DNA of 47,955 nucleotides from a virus: IMG/VR virus record IMGVR_UViG_3300045988_175607, positions 1 to 47,955 of that record; one strand, 5' to 3'. Shown piece by piece: positions 1 to 8,665 of this stretch (position 1 is its first letter; each line of letters starts with the position of its first letter). The notes under the pieces were generated by a model. It saw only the letters and a program-made list of their open reading frames with translations, ran no database searches and was not told where the DNA came from. The position numbers and the translations under genes were made by a program.

Positions 1-100
1 TTGGACAATCAGCAACCAAGCTCCGAATAGGAGAAGGCTCATCGACTATCGAAATTAATAGTAGAGTAGGGAATCCCCGAAGCGCAAGAAATTCAAGCTT
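1..100 (+). ncRNA. 3' core segment of a group I-type intron (gyrB/nrdD family) that begins upstream of the window; 5' strand of a hairpin (90-100 aattcaagctt) whose 3' strand is at 4843-4853
   Basis: cgactatcgaaa...gtagagtaggg...ccgaagcg.aagaaattcaag at 42-100 is collinear with the 3' cores of the nrdD introns (34991-35075 and 36612-36660). 90-100 is the exact reverse complement of 4843-4853. Confidence 0.55.
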
Positions 101-144
101 AAATAATTATGGACAAAATAAAAATAAAATAAAGGAGGTGTAGT

Positions 145-777
145 ATGGCCGCTGAAAATACTCCAATTCTATATACAGATTTATCGTCACTTATTACTCG
201 TTTACAAAACGTTTATACTACACATGGTTTAAGTTGGGATTGGAATGTATCTGGTAGCGAAGTAGGTGTTTACCCTCTTTCCACAGAAATAACAACACTT
301 TATAATAAATTCGTTGCTGCTCAAACAGAAGAGCATTTGGCAACTTGTGTAAAATGGACTATTGTCAATGGGGAACTAAGTTCTGGCTCCCCTTTGAAAG
401 ATGAAACTTTGAATGCGGCAGCTGCATCTCTCTTATCTATGGAAGCGAAAACGCATTATTCAAGAGTGGTTAATACTGCTGGTGCATTATATACACAGAC
501 CTCTCATTCTAATCAAACCACTTATAGCGAATCTTCTAATACAGCTGGTACTTCTTATTCAAATACCAGTAATGGTCGTAATTGCACTCAAAACTCTTCA
601 AGAAATGCTCAAAGTGGCAATAGTTCTAAATGCGGTTGCCATGTTGTATATAGTAGTGATTGTAGCCAATCCACCAATAGTGCAACAACCACGTATTCGG
701 AAACTTCATATAAAGCCGGCACAACTTATAGTCAAACAACAAATTCAAATGAAACCACTTATACATTTTCAGAATAA
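145..777 (+). CDS. hypothetical protein, C-terminal half made of Ser/Thr/Asn/Tyr-rich T-(T)-Y-S repeats with scattered Cys; candidate repeat precursor or structural protein
   Basis: Strong RBS aaaggagg 8 nt upstream of the ATG; 210-aa open frame; repeats TTYSESSNTAGTSYSNTSNG...TTTYSETSYKAGTTYSQTTNSNETTYTF. Confidence 0.6.
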   Translation: MAAENTPILYTDLSSLITRLQNVYTTHGLSWDWNVSGSEVGVYPLSTEITTLYNKFVAAQTEEHLATCVKWTIVNGELSSGSPLKDETLNAAAASLLSMEAKTHYSRVVNTAGALYTQTSHSNQTTYSESSNTAGTSYSNTSNGRNCTQNSSRNAQSGNSSKCGCHVVYSSDCSQSTNSATTTYSETSYKAGTTYSQTTNSNETTYTFSE

Positions 778-789
778 AAAGGTGAATAA

Positions 790-1236
790 ATGAATATTGA
801 TATAAATCAAGAGCCTATTGAAATTTTATTTAATATTAATAATATATTAAAACAAAATCAACTAGGGGAAGAAGAAAAACAGCAATTATCTGATATTTGT
901 GACATTCTATTGGAAAAAATAATTACTCGTCAAGGAAAATATCAAGTTATTCCTGTTGTAAATGATAATAATTATGATAGTGGCTATTTTGTTTCTTCAT
1001 TAGATTATCTTACAAAGCCATATCAAATACATGAACATAAATACATTGATAATGGCAATTTAAAATTGACTGAAGTATATTATACTGGCGCAAATGGTTT
1101 AAAATATCGAAAAGTTGCTTTTCCTGAAGTTTATAGAGACCCTGGTTTTTTATTGAATAATTCTTTGCTTGCCGAAAGACAAAAAAATATGGCATATCTT
1201 GCAAATAAACGTAATAAGGAGAATAAGAACATATGA
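790..1236 (+). CDS. hypothetical protein
   Basis: ORF of 148 aa; RBS aaaaggtgaa; translationally coupled (ATGA overlap) to the next ORF. Confidence 0.5.
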   Translation: MNIDINQEPIEILFNINNILKQNQLGEEEKQQLSDICDILLEKIITRQGKYQVIPVVNDNNYDSGYFVSSLDYLTKPYQIHEHKYIDNGNLKLTEVYYTGANGLKYRKVAFPEVYRDPGFLLNNSLLAERQKNMAYLANKRNKENKNI

Positions 1237-1550
1237 AAATTGGTATTTCATGTGATACAAATAATCAAACCTATGATATTCCTGATTTTTGGAATATTGA
1301 ATTTGGTGATAAAGAAGCTTTAGCCGAAACCCGTTTTTCATCTATTGGTCAAATTACTAATGCAAATCCTGCTGATCCAACACTTAAAAATATGAGCTTA
1401 AATTTTAAAGATTTAAATTCATTGGTGATTACCATTTATAATGATGATGGTGTTGCAATATATACTCAGATTTGTAATCGTTTAATTTATGCTATTCGTC
1501 GCGTAAATACAGAAAATAATTTTATAGAAAGTTTGTACTTCGTATCGTGA
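1233..1550 (+). CDS. hypothetical protein
   Basis: ORF of 105 aa; RBS aggagaataag; ATGA overlap with flanking ORFs. Confidence 0.5.
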   Translation: MKIGISCDTNNQTYDIPDFWNIEFGDKEALAETRFSSIGQITNANPADPTLKNMSLNFKDLNSLVITIYNDDGVAIYTQICNRLIYAIRRVNTENNFIESLYFVS

Positions 1551-1797
1551 ATGAATCTTTAATTAGTTTTACTTTATTTGGTCAAAAAATTGATATTTTA
1601 GAAAATATGGTAAAACAATGGGATTTAATTAATAGTGACGATGGTGTAGTTTTAACTCTTTTTAATTGTAAATTAACAGAATATCCGCATGAAATTTTTA
1701 ATGTTATTCTTAAAGGTGTGGATTATTCTAATATTCCCGCTTCAATTAATCCAATAGGTAATGATACATAGATTATAATTTTAAGGAAACATTTTTA
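1547..1797 (+). CDS. hypothetical small protein (74 aa to the TAG at 1769, or 82 aa if TAG is read through to the TAA at 1795)
   Basis: Coupled ORF; terminal TAG followed by 8 in-frame codons and then TAA. Confidence 0.4.
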
Positions 1798-1799
1798 AT

Positions 1800-3125
1800 A
1801 TGGTAAAAGATAGAAGCACTGTAATTTTTTATCCTGCAACGGTTTGTAATTTAAACTGCCGCTATTGTAGTATAGATAAAAATCCTGCGCTTATTCAAAT
1901 TGATAAAATATTAGAAGAATCATTTAAAGGTGATTATTACATTAATTTCACTAAAGAAATTTTTCCCGACCCTAATCAGCTTACTCGTGTTGAAACTTGG
2001 GGCGGTGAGCCCACATTAGGTTGGCATAGAATGCATAATTTAATGCATCAAATCATTGAAAATTATCCTAATTTTTATGAATTTTTTTCTTCGTCTAATA
2101 TGGTGCAACCGCATTTTCTCACAGAACTCCAAGGTATGCTAAATATATTTAAAGAGTATCCTGAAAGAAAATTCACCTTTTATTTACAAATGTCTCTTGA
2201 CGGCACTGAAAAAATTACTGATGAAAACCGCGGGAAAGGCGTTACTAAAAAACTGCGAGAAGTTTTTAAAAATATGGTTTCTATTTTACATCAAATAATA
2301 CCTGAAAATGTAAAATTTGAATGTTTCTTTAAGCCAACTTTAGATATAGATAATATAAAAGAATTGCAAACTAAAGAAGCAATACTTAATTATTATCTTT
2401 TTTTTGAAGAATTTTATGATATTTTTTATGAATTAAATCAAAGTAAAAACGCAAAAATTCTTGTCACTTTGCCCAATACCGCAACTCCTGAGCAGAATAC
2501 AACTGAAGACGGGAAAATTTTTGCTAATATGTGCCGCCTTTGTAAAGAGATTGAAAAAGAAGGCAATCATTTTAAATATTTTACAGATATTACTCCTTAT
2601 AATGCTAATAGTGTTGTTTCTGTAAACAATGTGGGTTGTGATGGTTTTACTTGCGGGACTTGTAAACAAGTTATTGGCTTATTGCCTAATAATAAAATTT
2701 CGGGTTGCCATGCAGCTTTTGTAGATATGTTAGATGATTATAAGAAAAATATTGAAATAAATTCTTATGCTAATAAAGTTCTTGATGAAAAAGTTTTTGA
2801 TAGTAATTTGCGCAGTTTCTTTTATTTTGATAAAAGTGAATTATCCAAAAGAGAAGAACAGATAGAATATTATTATAAAGAGAATACTACTGCGCGAGTT
2901 ATTACTGTAAAGACTTTAATTCAGACTTTGGCGTATGCGGGGCAAGTAGATTTTAAATTTACCGATGACACTTTGGCTTTGCAAGCGGCAGATCTAATTT
3001 ATCGAAATGCCAGTAATTGTATGAATGATAATCGTAATGCTACTGGTTCCTTAACTACGCCTTCAGTGAGCTTACTGAGACTTTTATTAAATGGGGCTTA
3101 CGATTATATTTCTATAAAAGGATAA
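1800..3125 (+). CDS. radical SAM enzyme with C-terminal SPASM-like Cys cluster
   Basis: CNLNCRYCS (CxxxCxxC) near the N-terminus; C-terminal CDGFTCGTCKQVIGLLPNNKISGCHAAF; RBS aaggaaa. Confidence 0.8.
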   Translation: MVKDRSTVIFYPATVCNLNCRYCSIDKNPALIQIDKILEESFKGDYYINFTKEIFPDPNQLTRVETWGGEPTLGWHRMHNLMHQIIENYPNFYEFFSSSNMVQPHFLTELQGMLNIFKEYPERKFTFYLQMSLDGTEKITDENRGKGVTKKLREVFKNMVSILHQIIPENVKFECFFKPTLDIDNIKELQTKEAILNYYLFFEEFYDIFYELNQSKNAKILVTLPNTATPEQNTTEDGKIFANMCRLCKEIEKEGNHFKYFTDITPYNANSVVSVNNVGCDGFTCGTCKQVIGLLPNNKISGCHAAFVDMLDDYKKNIEINSYANKVLDEKVFDSNLRSFFYFDKSELSKREEQIEYYYKENTTARVITVKTLIQTLAYAGQVDFKFTDDTLALQAADLIYRNASNCMNDNRNATGSLTTPSVSLLRLLLNGAYDYISIKG

Positions 3126-3130
3126 AAAAT

Positions 3131-3427
3131 ATGAAAACTTGTTATATTATTGATGGAGAAAAAGAACATCCTCATGAAAATATTCCAGAAAAATGTTTAC
3201 AAACAATTGAGGATTCTAAAATAGTATTTTTTTATATAAAAAATGATAATAAAAGAAGTATTATTAATATTATGCGAGAAGAAGTATATGGGATTCATGA
3301 CTTTATATTAATAATAGATGATATTCCTTATAATATTGACCATACTGTATATAATACTATAATTAAAAATGAAAATAATGCCGTTTATGAATTTTTAACA
3401 TTTTATCGTAAAGAGGAGCAAGTTTAA
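3131..3427 (+). CDS. small protein between the two radical SAM genes (possible RRE/PqqD-like partner; speculative)
   Basis: 98-aa ORF, position only. Confidence 0.4.
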   Translation: MKTCYIIDGEKEHPHENIPEKCLQTIEDSKIVFFYIKNDNKRSIINIMREEVYGIHDFILIIDDIPYNIDHTVYNTIIKNENNAVYEFLTFYRKEEQV

Positions 3428-3430
3428 TAC

Positions 3431-4816
3431 ATGTCTTTTAAAAGTGAAAATAATGAACTCTTAAAATTTATTCTTGATACAGCTTTTTTCTCTGGATGGA
3501 GTGATAAAAATTGTTCATCAGATTTAAATGGCGGCTCTCGTGTTAGTTCTTTAGAATTATATGTAACTTCTGAGTGTAACCAAAAATGTGAATATTGCTA
3601 TTTAAATCGATATGGCGACAAACTTTACCCTGCCGAATTACGCAATGAAAAAACTATTCTTAATAATCTTGATATATTATTAAAATATGCTGTAAAAAAT
3701 TGGCCATATTTAAAACATATCGATATATTTAGTGGAGAAATTGTAGGCACTCAGATATTTTTTAATGTATTAGATATAATTAAAAAGTATAAAGAACAAG
3801 GATTAAATGAATTAGAAGAAATTATTGTTCCCACTAATTTTTCTTTCATTCATAGCCAAGAAATGACTGAAAAAGTGCAAAATTATATTGATGATTTTAA
3901 TAAAAATTATAATATGCGATTAGTGCTAAGTGCATCTATCGACGGTTATATTATTGAAGATTTTTCTCGTCCTCAAAAAATATACCATAAACGAGATATG
4001 GATTTTTATCATAAATCATTTCAATTTATGAAAAAAAATGGATTTTGCGCTCATCCTATGATTGCCGCTTGTTCAATTGATAAATGGATTGAAAATTATA
4101 AGTGGTTTATTGATATGTGTGAGCAATATGATTTTAATGTATTGCAGCAAGTAATGACATTAGAAGTTAGAAATGATGATTGGACTGATGAAGCGATTTC
4201 GCATTATCAAGAATTTTTAAAGTTTTATTGTGATTATCATTTTGAACATCGATATGATAGCAATCCTAGAAAATTTGCAAAAATGTCTTTAGGCTTAAAC
4301 GAAGAACGAAATGGATATACCAATTTTCTGCTTTTGGATGCAACTCAATTTCCCACTTGTAGTGTAGCCTATCAACTTACAGTAAGATTGGGAGATCTTT
4401 CTATTGCTCCTTGTCATCGTACTGCATATCCTGAATTTTTGTATGGGAAGTTTATCGTAGAAAATAATGAAATAATTGATATAGAAGCCAATAATCCAGT
4501 AATAGCAACTAAAATTTTACTTTCTAATCAAAGAAAAACTCATCATGGTTGCGATACTTGTTGGAATGTTAATAGTTGTATTAGAGGATGTTTTGGCGCT
4601 CAATATGAATATGGCGATGAGCTTTTCATGCCTTTACATTCAGTTTGTAAAATGTTTAAAGCTAAAACTCGTTGTTTAATACAGTGGTATAAAAACCATG
4701 GAATCATAGACGCTATAAAGCAAATTGCCCAAGAAGAGAAACAATCTCAAATAGAAATCCAAAAGTTTCTTGAAGTGTTTGAAGAAATTGATAAACGTTC
4801 ACAAATAGAAGAATAA
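3431..4816 (+). CDS. second radical SAM/SPASM enzyme
   Basis: SECNQKCEYCY (CxxxCxxC); C-terminal CDTCWNVNSCIRGCFGAQYE. Confidence 0.8.
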   Translation: MSFKSENNELLKFILDTAFFSGWSDKNCSSDLNGGSRVSSLELYVTSECNQKCEYCYLNRYGDKLYPAELRNEKTILNNLDILLKYAVKNWPYLKHIDIFSGEIVGTQIFFNVLDIIKKYKEQGLNELEEIIVPTNFSFIHSQEMTEKVQNYIDDFNKNYNMRLVLSASIDGYIIEDFSRPQKIYHKRDMDFYHKSFQFMKKNGFCAHPMIAACSIDKWIENYKWFIDMCEQYDFNVLQQVMTLEVRNDDWTDEAISHYQEFLKFYCDYHFEHRYDSNPRKFAKMSLGLNEERNGYTNFLLLDATQFPTCSVAYQLTVRLGDLSIAPCHRTAYPEFLYGKFIVENNEIIDIEANNPVIATKILLSNQRKTHHGCDTCWNVNSCIRGCFGAQYEYGDELFMPLHSVCKMFKAKTRCLIQWYKNHGIIDAIKQIAQEEKQSQIEIQKFLEVFEEIDKRSQIEE

Positions 4817-4842
4817 ATAATATTTTTGTCCATATATTATTT

Positions 4843-4873
4843 AAGCTTGAATTAAGATATAGTCAGACTTGTG
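4843..4873 (+). ncRNA. 3' end of the intron-like element that started before the window: 3' strand of the 11-bp hairpin (4843-4853), then the group I J8/7-P7-like motif aagatatagtcagac (4854-4868), ending in G at 4873
   Basis: aagatatagtcag is the same 13-mer as the nrdD intron 1 core at 35082-35094; aagcttgaatt pairs with 90-100. Confidence 0.5.
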
Positions 4874-5314
4874 ATGAAAGTCGCAAGAGTAATCGTTTAT
4901 CCAGGTACTAGAGATGAAAAATTATTGGATTCTCAAATTGGTAATTTATTAAGTAGTAAATTAGGCAGTAAATTTGAAGTTGAAGAATTAATTGCTGAAG
5001 AAAGATTAGTTCTTTTGCCTCTTTCTGATATAAGAGGTTATGATACTAGCGGAATGCACGCGGGCATTTACATTTCAGAAGCTCAAAACTTAGATACTGA
5101 ATTAATGAAACTTACACTTCAACGTATAGGTGAAGATAGTATTTGTATCATTGATGGCGATTATAATGCACAAGTAGATATGATAGAATATGCTGGTGCT
5201 AATAATGGTATGAAACGAGTTTCTAAATTATTTAAAGGACAAGATTTTTATGGAGAAATTGCACTCCAAAATATCTATCGTTCTAAAATTGCATTAATTG
5301 CTCAAAATTTATAA
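4874..5314 (+). CDS. phoH: PhoH-like ATPase, C-terminal half only (P-loop part not in window; probable downstream exon)
   Basis: IYISEAQNL (DEAQN motif) and IIDGDYNAQVD (GDxxQxD) align to the PhoH C-terminal domain; RVIVYPGTRDEKL resembles PhoH RIILTRPAVEAGEKL; no Walker A upstream. Confidence 0.6.
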   Translation: MKVARVIVYPGTRDEKLLDSQIGNLLSSKLGSKFEVEELIAEERLVLLPLSDIRGYDTSGMHAGIYISEAQNLDTELMKLTLQRIGEDSICIIDGDYNAQVDMIEYAGANNGMKRVSKLFKGQDFYGEIALQNIYRSKIALIAQNL

Positions 5315-5317
5315 TAA

Positions 5318-5357
5318 ATAAAAGGGTAAGGAAAATTTTTCCTTACCCTTTTTTATA
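5318..5357 (+). terminator. rho-independent terminator
   Basis: aagggtaagg-aaaattttt-ccttaccctt stem followed by a T run. Confidence 0.8.
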
Positions 5358-5373
5358 AAGGAGAATAATTATA

Positions 5374-6306
5374 ATGAATTTCACAAGAATTTTAAAAATG
5401 GGTATGTCAGGCAACGACGTACTTTATATAAAAAAGAAATTATTTGATTTAGGTTATTTCGCAAAAAATGTTAAAAAAATAACAAGTAAAGCTTTTCGTA
5501 AAGACACTTATAATGCAGTAATATTTTTTCAAGGCCGCAATCAAGATAAATATGGCAGAGATTTAGAGGCTGATGGAATTATTGGCCAATTAACTTGGGA
5601 TGCCATTGAAAAAGTACATGCACAAGAAATAACAGTAAAACCTGATAAACCAATAGATAATGAAATATTAAAGAAAATTGATTCTTATACACATATTTCA
5701 AAAGTTAAACGTGAAAAAATTAAAGCTGATCTGCGCGGCGTAAGTGAATTGCGCCAATAGATTTGTATAGAAATATTAAATTATGCGTATGATCAAGATG
5801 TACCCGGAAATGTCCGCGCACTTTACATGATTGGTGCTAATTTATATAATAAAGATTTAAAACTCAACATTCCAACAGAGTCTGATATAAAAAGGTAGGC
5901 AAAATCGCGCCCAACATATTATAATGGTGGACGTATGGAATGGATGATTGAACAAGTGCGACGCAATCCTAATATACCTTCTTCCGATTGTTCAGGCATG
6001 GAAGTGGGCTATATGCGTAAACATGGTTTAGTTTCTAATTCTTTTGATACTACTGCAAATAATCTCTGTTTAAAATCAGCTTATTCCACAAATATCACTC
6101 GCGCGCAACTATAGCCGGGCGATTGGGTCGGTAAAAATGGGCATATTGGGACCTATGTTGGTGGTGGTTATGTTGTAGAATTTTATGGTGGAGCTTTTGG
6201 ATGCCAATTAACCAATGTAGATAATCGCATTGGTTGGAATTTTGTGACCAAAAAGAAAGAGCGCGGTGGGGTCTGGACTAGGTTCCGTCGTCCTAAAACA
6301 TATTGA
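5374..6306 (+). CDS. endolysin: N-terminal peptidoglycan-binding domain plus C-terminal NlpC/P60 (CHAP-like) peptidase; needs 3 TAG codons read as sense
   Basis: PG_binding motif GNDVLYIKKKLFDLGYF...DGIIGQLTWDAI. After the TAG at 5758 the frame continues through SDCSGMEV (Cys nucleophile) and GDWVGKNGHIGTYVGGGYVVEF (His) to the TGA at 6304. In-frame TAGs at 5758, 5896 and 6112. Confidence 0.8.
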
Positions 6307-6308
6307 TT

Positions 6309-6635
6309 ATGAAACAAAAAAAGAAAAACACTGAGTTTTCAAAAAAACTTTTAATCCAAGAGTCCATATTAATATGGATCACCACCTTAACATTTTTAGT
6401 TCTCGCAGTTTTTTGTATTTTTCGCGATTATATTGGAGAATTACCTTGGCTCACCGCAATGATTGCTTTTCCTTGGGCGGCTTATGGCGTCAGCCAAGCT
6501 TGGTATTATAAGAAGAGTTTGGGTGAAAACACCAAAGATGGTATTACTTATGAGAGTATGCTCCAGGAGTGGAAAGATAAATAGGTGCGCGGTAAAGCAG
6601 AATTTGATGAGAGCGCAGAAGAGTCTGATGAATAA
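6309..6635 (+). CDS. holin-like small membrane protein (2 TM helices, charged C-terminal tail); 1 in-frame TAG
   Basis: Hydrophobic ILIWITTLTFLVLAVFCIF and LPWLTAMIAFPWAAYGVSQAW. The TAG at 6582 is followed by 16 in-frame codons (VRGKAEFDESAEESDE) to TAA. Lies immediately after the endolysin. Confidence 0.65.
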
Positions 6636-6648
6636 TTGAACAATTTTG

Positions 6649-6680
6649 GCCAAGAACGTTTTTGTTCTTGGCTTTATTTT
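6649..6680 (+). terminator. rho-independent terminator
   Basis: gccaagaac-gttttt-gttcttggc followed by tttatttt. Confidence 0.75.
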
Positions 6681-6859
6681 ATTATATTTTTGCGGGAAAA
6701 TCAACTGCAGGCGCTTCAAATCAGAATCACCATTTGCAAATATGAATAGAATATTATATAATATATATTAATATATATAATAATAATTATATTTTATATA
6801 TAATTTGGTCAAAGAAAAATTAGTAGAGTTATAGAGAAAGTTATGAATATATATGAAAA

Positions 6860-6888
6860 TTGACAATAAGAATAAAATTTGTTATAAT
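6860..6888 (+). promoter_or_regulatory. sigma70-like promoter TTGACA-17-TATAAT
   Basis: ttgaca at 6860-6865, tataat at 6883-6888, upstream of the topoisomerase gene. Confidence 0.55.
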
Positions 6889-6924
6889 TATTATAGAAAA
6901 TAAAATAGAAAGGGAAATATATAA

Positions 6925-8665
6925 ATGTCTAATATGGATTATGGCATAAAAGATGTTAAAACCCTTGAAGGCATAGAAGCTATTCGATTAAGAAGTGGTA
7001 TGTATATTGGTAGTGTTGGACCGGAAGGCGTAAGACATATCACTCTTGAAATAATTTCTAATGCCATTGATGAATATCTTGCAGGAGCATGTTCAATTTG
7101 TAAAATTACTGTTTCTAATGATAATATTGTTACAGTAGAAGATAATGGACGTGGCATTCCCTTTGGTAAAGCTGAAGATGGTTCGGAAGTATTAGTAAAT
7201 ATTTTTACTAAACTTCATACTGGTGCAAAGTTTGATGCATCAGGTAAAACAGGCTATAATACTTCAGGCGGTCTTAATGGTGTGGGTGCTAAAGCAACGA
7301 ACGCACTTAGCTCAATGTTTCAAGTGACCTCAGTTAGAGGCGGACGCCAAGCTCAAGCCACCTTTAAACAAGGAATACTTAAAAGTTATAAAGAATCTAA
7401 TTATAAAAATAAATCAGATCATTTTACTATAATTAAGTTTAAGCCCGATGAAGAAATATTCAGAGAGGGGATAGAACTTGATTATAATCTTTTGAAAAAA
7501 CAGCTTCAGGAATTGGCTTATTTGTCTCCTGGGTTGGTTTTTGAGTTTCAATATAAAGACAAAGAAAATGAGATAATAACTTCTCAAAAAGGCATTCTTG
7601 ATTATATTGAAGCTTTGAATAAGAATAAAGAAGCTTTGACTTCGGTTTTTTATACTGAGACTATTGAAGATAGAATTGGCGTAAAGATTGCAATGTTGTA
7701 TAATAATACTTATGCAGATACTTACAAACTTTATACTAATTCAATTCCTAATAGTGGCGGCACACATCTTACTGGCTTTAGAACAGCACTTACTCAGTCG
7801 ATTAATGATTATGCTCGCTCCAACAATATTTTAAAAGAAAAAGACAGTAATATAACTGGTGATGAGTTAAAGGAAGGATTGGTTTTAGTTCTTTCTTTTA
7901 TTATGCCAGATCCAGTATTCTCAGGACAGACAAAGGATGTGCTTAGTTCAACAGAAGCCCGCACGATTGTTCAACGCCTTGTAACAAAAGATTTGCGGAC
8001 TTGGCTTGATAGTCACCCCAAGGATGCAAAGGCCATTATTGATAAGGCACTTTTGGCTCGTAAAGCCAGAGAAAATGCGAAAAAAGCTAAAGACGCAGCA
8101 CGAAACATTGAAGGAAAAAAGAAAGGAAAAACTTTCTTAAACTTGCCTACTAAACTTGTTGACTGTTGGAGTAAAAGTCGCGCGGAATGTGAACTCTTTG
8201 TTGCAGAAGGTGATAGTGCTGCAAGTGGATTGGTTGGAGCAAGAAATGCTGAGTTCCAGGCCATATTCCCAATACGAGGTAAAATTATCAGCGCAAGAAA
8301 ATGTACTTCTGAAAAGCTCTTGGCAAATCAGGAAGTTGTGAATATAATTAAAGCGTTGGGTTTAGATTTTGATGCAAAAAAAACTAAAATGATCTATGAT
8401 AAGCGTAAGCTTAGGTATGGTAAGATCATGATGGCTGCGGATGCAGATCCTGATGGTGAGGCTATCAAGAATCTTCTACTTACGCTGTTCTGGGAGCTTT
8501 GCCCTGAACTTGTTATAAATGGTCATATATATGCAACAGTTCCTCCTCTTTTTAGAGTTACAACTAAAAAGAATGAATATATATATCTTCGAGATAACAA
8601 CGAGTTAGAAGAATATAAAAAGAAACATGCAAATGAAAAATATTTGATTAATCGAAATAAAGGGT
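6925..8665 (+). CDS. gyrB: type II topoisomerase ATPase/TOPRIM subunit (GyrB / T4 gp39-like), exon 1 (ends with the first T of the apparent TAA stop)
   Basis: GHKL ATPase and TOPRIM motifs (EGDSA, PIRGKI, DADPDG, GHIYATVPPL). The protein lacks the conserved C-terminus unless joined to 9848-10035. Confidence 0.8.

Noticed and set aside
6721-6850. Very AT-rich block with tata/atat repeats upstream of gyrB as a replication origin
   Set aside because: No iterons or DnaA-box-like repeats recognisable; it looks like generic AT-rich promoter-proximal DNA, and composition alone is insufficient.
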